Of a DNA stretch of 32,000 bases, positions 9,612 through 18,175 are shown one piece after another. How positions within the stretch are numbered: position 1 is the first letter of the stretch; every line of letters starts with the position of its first letter. Below the pieces are notes generated by a model. The model was not told the DNA's origin. It saw nothing but the letters and a program-made list of their open reading frames with translations, and did no database searches. This DNA comes from Saccharolobus solfataricus (lineage in GTDB: Archaea > Thermoproteota > Thermoprotei_A > Sulfolobales > Sulfolobaceae). The position numbers were made by a program, and so were the translations under genes. The stretch lies in contig NZ_LT549890.1 of assembly GCF_900079115.1 (NCBI RefSeq), positions 420,001 through 452,000 of the forward strand, given 5' to 3'.

Positions 9612-11768
9612 ATGGATAAGCGTATAGCGACAATCATATTGAGTATAGTAAATATTATAGGTATATTTGAATTTCCATTATACGAATCGTTCATAGGGTT
9701 CTTCTTTATTTCCTCCGCCTTGTCTATCCTTTATGAATCTCAACTGTCCTTGATTGTACCAACAGTTCTATTCGCATCATTAGTTTTATTACATATTATT
9801 ACTATCCAATTACAAAAACTGATTATATTATCTATTCTGATGTTGATCTCGATTATTGGGAAAAATAATAAATGGATTTATTCAATTCTTATAACCCTTG
9901 CGCCGGGTTTAATTATAAATAATCTCTACCTCTTATTAATTGTATTGGCATTACTGATTCCCCTATTAATAAAACTTGGAGGTGAACCAAGGGCTATAAT
10001 CATTTCGGGTATTTTATATTTAATCTATTCCGGTATAATATTTCCAAATAATGAAGCACTAGCTAATCAGATTTCACAGATATCATACTTTTATCTAATG
10101 TTTGGAATAATAGGGATAATTGTTGAAGACAAAAGAATTACTAGAATTACGTTAAGAAAAATTCTCCCATATTTGTCTTTCATTCCCGCATCTTTTGCAT
10201 CAATAATGTTAGGATACCCAAGCGATTCTTCCTTTATTTATTGGTCAGCAAGCTCATTTTATTTCTCCCACTTATACTTACCTTGGATATACGAAATAGG
10301 TTATAATTCAAATCAGCACTTAATAGCAAGTTGGTTTTTGGCTTATCTTTTAACACTTATCATAAAGAACCCTTTGATAACAGCAGAAGTGTTTCTGGGA
10401 ATTTTTACATTCTTATCCGGTTTAATATCATATTATGTCTTTAAGAGGCTTAATTTGAAATATCCACTACTTTTCTCATTGCTATATCAGATTAATATAT
10501 TTAATCCTATAATATCTCACTCAATTTCGGTTTTTTCATACGCATTTCTACCTTTAGTCCTATTCTTTGCATATAATAAGAATAAAGTACTCTATTCAAT
10601 TCTAACGCTAACTGCAGCATCTTCTATCCCGATCTTCATATCTACTCTGGTAATTCCATTAGTATACCGTAGGTATTACTTCCTATTATATGCTCTAGGT
10701 GTTAATGCGTTTTGGCTAATTCCCTTCTTAATCTTTGGTTACGATAAATTCACATTTAACGTATCTAACATAGAAATTCTCATCTCAATTATCTTAGTTT
10801 CAATATCTGTTCTTTTATATCAACTGAGATTTAAAAATATCGAAATACTATATATGATTTTTATATCATTTGTTCTATTAATATTAGGAATAAATACTGG
10901 ACCATTAATTCTTCTTGCTACTATTTTAACATTAGGAAGTTTAAGGGATATTAGTATCCTTTACCTGACCTTGTTGAGTGGTCTAATTATTTTATCCGCT
11001 ACTAGTTTTTCATACGGCGTAATTTCGGGTTATGCAAATACTACGTTTTACACATACAATCTGCCTAATTTACCCAAACCCGGAGAGTATGGGTTTGGAA
11101 TTACGACGTTAGTTAATGATCTTAATCTCACCGCTAGTGGAATGCCCACCGAATCAATATCCTACAACGTTAGGTACTTTATATATAACTCACGTGTTAT
11201 TGAGAATCCCCTATACTTTGGATTTCCAATTCCAGCGATACCTAACTACACTCCACAATTAACATTTTCATACATTTACTCAAATTCTTCAGTTAAGGTA
11301 ATTTACTCACCTTTTAATAAACCATTAGGCCTTATGGTTTACTCTAACGTGACACCATCAAAAATTTCAATAGTGTTTCCAACGCGGATTGAGAACATTA
11401 GTGGAATAAAAGGTTTAGTAAAGAACTATACAATTCAGATTATTACCAATACTTCCTTAACCATAATAGGAGGTAAAGTAACTGTAGATAATAAGTCAAT
11501 CTTTTCATCCTACTATAAGCCTAAAATAGTAACAAGTATCATGATTGGTGAAATTACTGAAGTTATAGATTCAAATTATTCAATTTACCTTCCGATACAT
11601 GAGAGCTTAACTATTAACGGAAAAGTAGTAAATCACCCAATAATTCTCCCTCCAGGTAAGTATACCATAGTGATTTCTGATGAAAAGATTGAATATGTGA
11701 GCTATGCTTCAATATTCCTAACTATAGTATCTTTAGTGCTATTAATAAGAAGGGGGATGAAAGTATGA
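9612..11768 (+). CDS. Large polytopic membrane protein with a C-terminal extracytoplasmic domain and terminal TM anchor; function unknown (possibly a GT-C-like glycosyltransferase fold)
   Basis: 718-aa ORF. Residues about 1-470 are almost continuous hydrophobic helices. Residues about 470-690 are beta-rich with many N-x-S/T sequons. There is a final TM segment (FLTIVSLVLLI). Its stop overlaps the next ATG (ATGA). Confidence 0.75.
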   Translation: MDKRIATIILSIVNIIGIFEFPLYESFIGFFFISSALSILYESQLSLIVPTVLFASLVLLHIITIQLQKLIILSILMLISIIGKNNKWIYSILITLAPGLIINNLYLLLIVLALLIPLLIKLGGEPRAIIISGILYLIYSGIIFPNNEALANQISQISYFYLMFGIIGIIVEDKRITRITLRKILPYLSFIPASFASIMLGYPSDSSFIYWSASSFYFSHLYLPWIYEIGYNSNQHLIASWFLAYLLTLIIKNPLITAEVFLGIFTFLSGLISYYVFKRLNLKYPLLFSLLYQINIFNPIISHSISVFSYAFLPLVLFFAYNKNKVLYSILTLTAASSIPIFISTLVIPLVYRRYYFLLYALGVNAFWLIPFLIFGYDKFTFNVSNIEILISIILVSISVLLYQLRFKNIEILYMIFISFVLLILGINTGPLILLATILTLGSLRDISILYLTLLSGLIILSATSFSYGVISGYANTTFYTYNLPNLPKPGEYGFGITTLVNDLNLTASGMPTESISYNVRYFIYNSRVIENPLYFGFPIPAIPNYTPQLTFSYIYSNSSVKVIYSPFNKPLGLMVYSNVTPSKISIVFPTRIENISGIKGLVKNYTIQIITNTSLTIIGGKVTVDNKSIFSSYYKPKIVTSIMIGEITEVIDSNYSIYLPIHESLTINGKVVNHPIILPPGKYTIVISDEKIEYVSYASIFLTIVSLVLLIRRGMKV

Positions 11769-13375
11769 AAGCACTACTAGCATTCATCGTATTATTACTT
11801 TCCCTTTCTGCACTGATAACCTCATCTTTCTCGATAGTGATAATATCACCTAACATAGTAAAGATTTTATCGTATGCACAAGTTGGGAATAATATTTACA
11901 GTAGTCCATTATGGTCCAACGGAACTGCAACAGTGATTCATAATACGACTTATGAGTTAGTAGTAGGTTCTTCTTACAGTTATACTGTACAAGAAGTAAA
12001 TTTTTCCAATTATTATAACTTCAATTACTCAACTAAGTATAGCTATTTATCAGGCGTTCAAGCAGGGGCTATAATACTAGGTGGAAATGTAGATTTGAAA
12101 AAACCAGCAAATCAACAGCCGTATGTATTAATTTATTCTGTAACTTCTGGCCAATTACTAGTAAAGACCCCTAACACTAAATTGAGAATTGTACTAAATA
12201 ATCTACCTATTAGCGTAAGTGGTTTTCTTTCCATTCAATTTTCAAATGTAAATGGTAATTTAACAGTTGTCTATATTTCATTGAACGGCAACATTTCTAG
12301 ATTAGTTTATATAACTCCTATACCTTGGTCTGAGGTGAAATATGCAGGTTGGTTTCAAAATTATGGTCTTTCCTACATATATTACATCACACTAGGTAAG
12401 TTTGCAGAAAGTCAACCGATGATAGCTGGAGAGACTTACTTATCACCAGATATTGTTAGCTCTCCAACATGGAAACTTGGAGTTGCCAAAATTATTAACA
12501 TAACCCCAAATTACGAAACTGTAGAAGGTCTAGTAAGTGGTAGTTACGTGATTCAGTTCTACAATATGTCACGATTAAATTATCTCATTCTGACGGTTAA
12601 CTTTACATATTATAATGGAAGTAATGTCGGGATTGAACTTTTAGGAAGCAATTTGAATTTGACAAAACCTGATCTCTCACAAAAAGTTTATGCTCTGTTA
12701 TATTCAGTAAATAATGGAGAATTGCAAGTTAAGTTACCAAACTCAGCTTTTAAGATTATCAACAACACTTTACCAGTTATTAGAGGAGGGTTATTGAATA
12801 TAGTGTTTTTGAACAACAATAATAATATAAGTCTATATGAAATTATTAACGGTAGTAGAACATATTATTTAAACATTACTACACCAATACCTTGGTCAAA
12901 CATAAGTTATATTGGATGGAGAACCGATAATGGTATCTCAAGAATTTTCTTTGTTTCTCCAAATTTCATAATAGGATTACAAAGTCTTTTAACGTTCGAA
13001 TTTTTAGGAAATAACGGCACTACTGTTCCGAATCAAGAATTCTATATCTATATTGGCGATAATTTATCATCCTTGCAACTTTATTATAAAGGTTACACAA
13101 ATTCAGATGGTCAATTTTCACTTCCATTACCAATAATATTTCCCTCATCAACGTCTTATGAATACGTAAGGATAGTTTGGATTAACTCATCTACGAACAT
13201 AACCCTAATAATACCATTAATAAAAGGCGGGAGTAATTTCTATATTCCAGCCAATATTATATCAGTAGAGGAAAAAAGTATGGATGTGAATATCAACTAT
13301 TATACACTATTCTTATTTATTGTACTCGCCTTCTTATTAGGTGCATATATTTTTACTAAAGGAAAACGCTTCTGA
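11765..13375 (+). CDS. Secreted, C-terminally anchored surface protein with a tandem duplication of a domain of about 165 aa, rich in N-glycosylation sequons
   Basis: Signal-like N-terminus MKALLAFIVLLLSLSALITSSFS and a C-terminal TM plus basic tail (LFLFIVLAFLLGAYIFTKGKRF). Residues 46-210 align with residues 232-400 (SSPLW/SSPTW; LKKP/LTKP; LIYSVTSGQLLVKTPN / LLYSVNNGELQVKLPN; ITPIPWSEVKYAGW / TTPIPWSNISYIGW). Confidence 0.8.
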   Translation: MKALLAFIVLLLSLSALITSSFSIVIISPNIVKILSYAQVGNNIYSSPLWSNGTATVIHNTTYELVVGSSYSYTVQEVNFSNYYNFNYSTKYSYLSGVQAGAIILGGNVDLKKPANQQPYVLIYSVTSGQLLVKTPNTKLRIVLNNLPISVSGFLSIQFSNVNGNLTVVYISLNGNISRLVYITPIPWSEVKYAGWFQNYGLSYIYYITLGKFAESQPMIAGETYLSPDIVSSPTWKLGVAKIINITPNYETVEGLVSGSYVIQFYNMSRLNYLILTVNFTYYNGSNVGIELLGSNLNLTKPDLSQKVYALLYSVNNGELQVKLPNSAFKIINNTLPVIRGGLLNIVFLNNNNNISLYEIINGSRTYYLNITTPIPWSNISYIGWRTDNGISRIFFVSPNFIIGLQSLLTFEFLGNNGTTVPNQEFYIYIGDNLSSLQLYYKGYTNSDGQFSLPLPIIFPSSTSYEYVRIVWINSSTNITLIIPLIKGGSNFYIPANIISVEEKSMDVNINYYTLFLFIVLAFLLGAYIFTKGKRF

Positions 13376-14618
13376 AATATCCTAATCTTACGTAATTATT
13401 TAGAAACTCGTTAAACTTGTTAACATATTCGATAATAGGACAATTTATACATATTTCATCACTGTTTAAAATCTCTTTAGAATACCAGTATAGGATTGGA
13501 TTAGCCAGTTCTATACGATTTGCCATTGTTCTCATCACTATTGGTATCGAGTAATTAATGTTAGTTTCTCTTTCTATTATATCCCTAGTTAACTTAGAGT
13601 AGTTACTCTTTGCGATGTAAGTGTTTAGTAACTTCATTAATATATTATCAAAAAATAAATAATCATCGTCTTCCATCATATATAGTGAAGAATATATGTA
13701 TTCATTTACTGTAAATACATTCTTTTCATGAAGTTCTCCAAGATTTATATCGCCAATCTGAACAGTATTTCCATCATTACTTCTTAAGAACAAACCAACT
13801 CTGATATCATTTCTCTCTAAACTATTTTTATTATTTAGTATCTCAACTTCTTCGGTATGTAAATTACCTTTTTTACTTGCTGAGAACATCTTCACTCTAT
13901 GCTTTACTAGTTTTAAATTTCTCTGTAACATACTGATAGAAGTTTGACCTAACACCTCAACATCGTTGTATAGCGCAGTGAAGAAAGTTAGGAATTTTCT
14001 ATTTAAACTAATTGTAGAGAATGGATTCGAATTATTAAATCTATCCAATTTAAATAACGAAAGGACGTTGTATACTGCTCTCATATCTCTAATTTTATAT
14101 GGTGTAACTTGATTGTTTTCAATAATAATTGGTGAAGAAGATAGCGATTCTATAATATCTATTATGCCTAATTCCAATATTAAAGACAAGTATTTTCTAT
14201 CACCTAAGTACAATAAAGGAATAACGTGTTTTTGTGGAATTTCGATTCTCTTATATTCGTCAATTGATGGTAGTCTCGGTGTCTCTCTCTTTTTTCTCTT
14301 TGGCTTTTCTTCTCCTCTTTCCTCTATGCAATTCTCGAAGGAGACTTTTTGCGAGATCCTTAATTCTTCTATAGGTTGCGATATCATGCTTTCTATCTCA
14401 TCTATTAGCTCGTATATTGCCTTGTGAACTGTGGTTCTAGTAAATCTTTTTGTTATCCTTCTAGCTATACCATCAATGCAGAGAATTGTAGTTAGCGTAT
14501 GAGGATCTTCCTTGACTAGAACAATCGGTATCCCCTTATTAGTCTCCAAGGCGGTAAGAGTTCCCTCCAGACCGTGTTCTACGACATATTCGAGGAGCCG
14601 ATAGGATTCTTCTTTCAT
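13356..14618 (-). CDS. Hypothetical protein, 420 aa; possible N-terminal winged-helix region, basic linker, large uncharacterised C-terminal domain
   Basis: Long uninterrupted ORF with host-like codon and AT composition. There is a basic linker (EEKPKRKKRETPR) and no Walker or other motifs I can recognise. The ATG lies 26 nt from a central TATA element. Confidence 0.7.
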   Translation of the reverse strand: MKEESYRLLEYVVEHGLEGTLTALETNKGIPIVLVKEDPHTLTTILCIDGIARRITKRFTRTTVHKAIYELIDEIESMISQPIEELRISQKVSFENCIEERGEEKPKRKKRETPRLPSIDEYKRIEIPQKHVIPLLYLGDRKYLSLILELGIIDIIESLSSSPIIIENNQVTPYKIRDMRAVYNVLSLFKLDRFNNSNPFSTISLNRKFLTFFTALYNDVEVLGQTSISMLQRNLKLVKHRVKMFSASKKGNLHTEEVEILNNKNSLERNDIRVGLFLRSNDGNTVQIGDINLGELHEKNVFTVNEYIYSSLYMMEDDDYLFFDNILMKLLNTYIAKSNYSKLTRDIIERETNINYSIPIVMRTMANRIELANPILYWYSKEILNSDEICINCPIIEYVNKFNEFLNNYVRLGYFRSVFL

Positions 14619-14643
14619 TTTACCCTTTTATTATAGTTAACCA

Positions 14644-14651
14644 TTTTTATA
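14644..14651. promoter_or_regulatory. Single central TATA element (TTTTTATA / TATAAAAA) in a 56-bp divergent intergenic region
   Basis: It is 24 nt from the ATG at 14675 (+) and 26 nt from the ATG at 14618 (-). That is the leaderless-gene distance in both directions. Confidence 0.4.
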
Positions 14652-14674
14652 CATGTTTTCCATAATTCCTTTAG

Positions 14675-14920
14675 ATGGAAACGGCATTACAGTTAGCGAG
14701 AAAAGGGAAGATATTATATGCTCTTATGTTCCTAAAGGATTACGTAACGGAAAATCAGGATAAATGGGATAATTCTATAGAAATATGTAGAGGACTTCTA
14801 AGTGCGATAATGAGCATGCCTTCACTAAACGATGAGAGTTGGGGAATTTTTGTACCAACTATTAACTTAGATGACTTTGAAAAAATTATTTCTAGGGTAA
14901 ATGAATGTATACGATATTAG
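14675..14920 (+). CDS. Hypothetical small protein, 81 aa
   Basis: ATG at the leaderless distance from the TATA box. Its 3' end overlaps the next ATG by 16 nt, which suggests an operon. Confidence 0.55.
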   Translation: METALQLARKGKILYALMFLKDYVTENQDKWDNSIEICRGLLSAIMSMPSLNDESWGIFVPTINLDDFEKIISRVNECIRY

Positions 14921-15570
14921 CTTATACTGACACTATAGTTTTTAATGTTATTAGGAAAGCTGCATACGAAAATTTTTGTACAGTGTATACTATTAGATCC
15001 TATTCACCTTCAAAACTAGTAGCTTCCGTAGGTAATATTATGATTATTGTGAGTAGGAATAATAAGAGCGCTACCATAAGTGTAAAATGCGGAAACGCGA
15101 AAAAATCGTTTTATATCAAGGTAAACGAAAATAGGATAAATTTTGATGGAAATGAAATGGACACTAACTTATTTATTTATCATATTTCATCAATTGAGAA
15201 TGAGTTATATGAATATGTAAAGATTATAAGCGAAAAATGCAATATGCAAGAGATTTGCCATAAACAAAAGAAGGGAATAAAAGAAATTTTAGTTGAGGGT
15301 AAAAAGATAAATATTGGTGAAGAGATTAAGCATAGTCTAGAGCAACTTTTAACAATACTCTATAAGAGAGAAGTTTCTGTTGAATGTAGTAAAAGTTCCT
15401 TATGTATTAAAAAAGTTATACTAACTAGGAGGAAAGTTTACATACAACTAGTGGATAGTGAAAAGGAAAATTATTGGTATCTTGAGCTGAATGATTTAAT
15501 AAACAAAATGCCAGAGCACGCTCAGGAGATTCTTAATATTGAAGGACAAATTCGCGCTCAATCAATTTAG
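14905..15570 (+). CDS. Hypothetical protein, 221 aa, with four Cys in two pairs (CNMQEIC, CSKSSLC)
   Basis: Uninterrupted ORF coupled to the 81-aa ORF. I recognised no family motif. Confidence 0.6.
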   Translation: MYTILAYTDTIVFNVIRKAAYENFCTVYTIRSYSPSKLVASVGNIMIIVSRNNKSATISVKCGNAKKSFYIKVNENRINFDGNEMDTNLFIYHISSIENELYEYVKIISEKCNMQEICHKQKKGIKEILVEGKKINIGEEIKHSLEQLLTILYKREVSVECSKSSLCIKKVILTRRKVYIQLVDSEKENYWYLELNDLINKMPEHAQEILNIEGQIRAQSI

Positions 15571-15585
15571 TTTTCTCATTATCTT

Positions 15586-16275
15586 TTATAGTCTTGCGTG
15601 TAACCTTTCGAAGAAGCTTAAATCACCTAGAGATGAAATTAAGACTGTCTTTACTCCTATACTATCAAGCGAATTGATAATTGAAAATATCTCATTCTCT
15701 ACAAAAGAAGGTTGATCGAGGCTTTTTACTAATTCTCTATTCTTATCAGTCATTACTATTAAGTAAGGTATTGCTCTTTCAATAAGCTTTGGACCATAAT
15801 ACTTAATCTGATCTACATCTTTCATTCTAAGAACTAGGAAGAAATCGGCATTTGAATCCAATCTGGCCATAATTTCATTCTCATTTTTTCTTAAACTTAT
15901 CATCATTCCGCTTTTTACACCATATTCTTTTGCCAAATTCACAGCCTCGTCTGATGACAAATAACCCACTTCTTTTCCGTATTTCGGTTTATCCCCCTTT
16001 GTGAAAGCTATTTGGGCATCTAACATCTTAGCGGTTATTGATAATGAACGGATAAATAATTCATTGACATCTAATAGCCTTTGGTTTATGATTATTGTTT
16101 TTCTGTCTAGAGATAGAGAATATCTAATTAAAGAAGCCACAAAAGTCGGTATAGGTGATGGCATACCCATGGGTGAGTCCGGTATATCAAATCCATCAAA
16201 CGACGATAAAATTTTTATTTCATTTAGTAATTTTTCCGGTTTTTTCTTGGGATGTAGTTCTACTAATATTTGCAT
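15586..16275 (-). CDS. Methylenetetrahydrofolate reductase-like (short archaeal MetF-like) protein
   Basis: 229-aa ORF. The N-terminal VELHPKK...FDGFDIPDSPMGMPSPIPTFVASLI resembles the TIM-barrel start of short MTHFR-like proteins. The assignment is by pattern memory only. Confidence 0.45.
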   Translation of the reverse strand: MQILVELHPKKKPEKLLNEIKILSSFDGFDIPDSPMGMPSPIPTFVASLIRYSLSLDRKTIIINQRLLDVNELFIRSLSITAKMLDAQIAFTKGDKPKYGKEVGYLSSDEAVNLAKEYGVKSGMMISLRKNENEIMARLDSNADFFLVLRMKDVDQIKYYGPKLIERAIPYLIVMTDKNRELVKSLDQPSFVENEIFSIINSLDSIGVKTVLISSLGDLSFFERLHARL

Positions 16276-16334
16276 TTAGAGAAGTAGTACAAATTTTAAG
16301 CTATATTTTTTTCCTTGAAGACTAATCATCTATT

Positions 16335-16799
16335 GTGAGTCAAGAGAAAAAAGCCAAAAAAATTATTCTTCATTATCCTGATGATACACCAGCTGGATAT
16401 ATAGAGTATGCTGAGGGTTCTTCCTCAATTTATGATAATGAGGGAAATTTTTTGTTTAAAGTGGAAGGAAAATTTCCGCCACAGCCCAAAAAATCGTCAG
16501 ATTATTCATGGATAGAAAAAGTTTTAGAGATGGGATTACAAGATTCAAGGAAGAGATTTATACTTTACGTTGCATCAAGATATTTAGTAAATGTAAAAGG
16601 CGTTAATGAAGATGAAGCCTTACAAACATTAAAAGAGTTCTATTACAAACTACAATCTGGGAAAGTTTACGAGTCTTGGTTAAAATCTGTAATAAACGGA
16701 GTTAAGAAGAAAGGATTGCTTCCTTGGTCGTTAAAGAGAATAGAGGAGAGGGATAAGGAAATGTACAATGAGATAATAAGAGTATTAAAAAATAGCTAA
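16335..16799 (+). CDS. Small helical protein, possibly the PriX-like non-catalytic primase subunit of Sulfolobales
   Basis: 154 codons from a GTG start; there is no in-frame ATG before codon 66. The C-terminal helical region is DSRKRFILYVASRYLVNVKGVNEDEALQTLKEFYYK. Size and genomic neighbourhood fit my recollection of S. solfataricus PriX. This is unverified. Confidence 0.4.
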   Translation: MSQEKKAKKIILHYPDDTPAGYIEYAEGSSSIYDNEGNFLFKVEGKFPPQPKKSSDYSWIEKVLEMGLQDSRKRFILYVASRYLVNVKGVNEDEALQTLKEFYYKLQSGKVYESWLKSVINGVKKKGLLPWSLKRIEERDKEMYNEIIRVLKNS

Positions 16800-16881
16800 A
16801 TTTCTTGAAAAACTTCACAATTAACAATTAAATTATTTATACGCATAAACTTTATAACCTTAATTTAAGTATGGGGATATT

Positions 16882-17085
16882 ATGAAGGACAAGTATTCTG
16901 TTGTAACATGGCTATTGATACTAGTTCCTTTAACGGTATTCATCATAATAACAATATGGGTTATTGATTTGCTATTTTTAACTCCGCAGTGGAGGCAGGC
17001 AGTTCCAGCAGTTATAGGATTTGCAGTAGCATTTTTAGGATTAGGAGTGTTTATAAGAGGCAAATTTGGAAAATTTGTATTTTAA
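16882..17085 (+). CDS. Small membrane protein, 67 aa, two predicted TM helices
   Basis: Two hydrophobic stretches (VVTWLLILVPLTVFIIITIWVI and AVIGFAVAFLGLGVFI). There is a TATA-like TTTATAAC about 28 nt upstream. The overlapping minus-strand ORF has no such features. Confidence 0.5.
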   Translation: MKDKYSVVTWLLILVPLTVFIIITIWVIDLLFLTPQWRQAVPAVIGFAVAFLGLGVFIRGKFGKFVF

Positions 17086-17183
17086 TTTTGCCAAAGGTAT
17101 CATTACTTAAGACTTTCATCATTTTTCAGACGCTGGCGAATCAATCATCTAACCTAAAATTATAGACAGAAAAATTTAAATCT

Positions 17184-17202
17184 TATTAGGGCTACCCTAA
17201 TA
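17184..17202. promoter_or_regulatory. 19-bp palindrome TATTAGGG-CTA-CCCTAATA between a TATA-like box and the ATG at 17214; candidate operator
   Basis: Perfect 8-bp arms, read directly. It lies immediately downstream of AAATTTAAAT (17172-17181) and 12 nt upstream of the ATG. Confidence 0.35.
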
Positions 17203-17213
17203 ATAGTGAGAAA

Positions 17214-18137
17214 ATGATAAGCATATCCACACTACTAAATCCACCGGAAGGATTAACCATTTCAGAAATTCTTCTAATCTCAGTAATATTAGGTATGCTA
17301 CATGGTGCAACTCCTGATGAACATACATGGCCAATAACGTTCAGCTATGCAATAGGTAAATATAGTTCAAAGGGAGGAATGAAAGCTGGATTTTTATTTT
17401 CCTTAGGTTTTACTATTCAAAGAGCATTTTTAACCACAATAGGTTTTATAGGTCTAGCAGCAATCTATGAAAAATACAATTTGGATGGTCCAGTATATAC
17501 CATTGTCGGTATCGTTATGGCTATTGCAGGCTCTTATATCCTAAAAGGAAGATATTTGCATCTACCAATAGACGTTCTATTTAAAAGCAAATATCATAAC
17601 ACAAAAACTACTGGAGCAGAATTGCACGACGTGCCTTTAAAGATGACTATAGTTCATGGTCTAATTGCTGGTTTTGGTTTTGGAGCTTATGCTAGTATAA
17701 TAACGTTTGTTTTAGCGCCTCAACTACCCTCAATAGTTTACGCACCATTACCTGGATTAATGTTTGGAATAGGGACAATGATTATGCAAATAATCTTTGG
17801 GGCTATATTTGGCAATATATTACGAGCAAAGAAGTTAACTGAGGAAAAAATATCATACGTTGCAAGGAAAACCGCGGGAAGAACGCTTTATTATGGTGGC
17901 TTAGTATTTACTATAGTAGGTTTGCTCATAATAGGGTTCCCCATTATTGATAATTTTGCAATATCGACTGGAAATCCAATACCTAATCTTGATGCTATAG
18001 ATATAGGATTTCTATTAGTGATCAGCGTTGTTGGTATCATAGGTATAAGTAGTATAATACTAGGAATTAAAGAGGCTACTAGGTTATCTGGTACAAACCA
18101 GAAACCGGGTAGCTTATCTGGATACAAAAAGTCTTAA
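17214..18137 (+). CDS. Polytopic membrane protein, possible metal-cation (Ni/Co-type) transporter
   Basis: 307 aa with about 7-8 TM segments. HGATPDEHTW in the first helix resembles His/Asp metal-binding signatures of NicO/NiCoT-like transporters. The functional call is weak. Confidence 0.6.
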   Translation: MISISTLLNPPEGLTISEILLISVILGMLHGATPDEHTWPITFSYAIGKYSSKGGMKAGFLFSLGFTIQRAFLTTIGFIGLAAIYEKYNLDGPVYTIVGIVMAIAGSYILKGRYLHLPIDVLFKSKYHNTKTTGAELHDVPLKMTIVHGLIAGFGFGAYASIITFVLAPQLPSIVYAPLPGLMFGIGTMIMQIIFGAIFGNILRAKKLTEEKISYVARKTAGRTLYYGGLVFTIVGLLIIGFPIIDNFAISTGNPIPNLDAIDIGFLLVISVVGIIGISSIILGIKEATRLSGTNQKPGSLSGYKKS

Positions 18138-18175
18138 GTTAAAACGTTTTTAAGATCGAAAGGTATTTTAGTTTT

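Noticed and set aside
13900-13935. R-x6-H string (RNLKLVKH) in the 420-aa protein as a possible HEPN nuclease motif
   Set aside because: It is a single short pattern at the edge of the allowed Rx4-6H spacing. There is no supporting helical context that I can verify by eye.
16369-16407. cUGAUGA ... CUGA inside the PriX-like ORF
   Set aside because: The boxes are only 26 nt apart, too short for a dual-guide archaeal C/D sRNA, and the motif lies within coding sequence.
16860-17063. Minus-strand 67-aa ORF overlapping the small membrane protein ORF
   Set aside because: The plus-strand ORF has two clean TM helices and a TATA box at the correct distance. The minus-strand product has neither.
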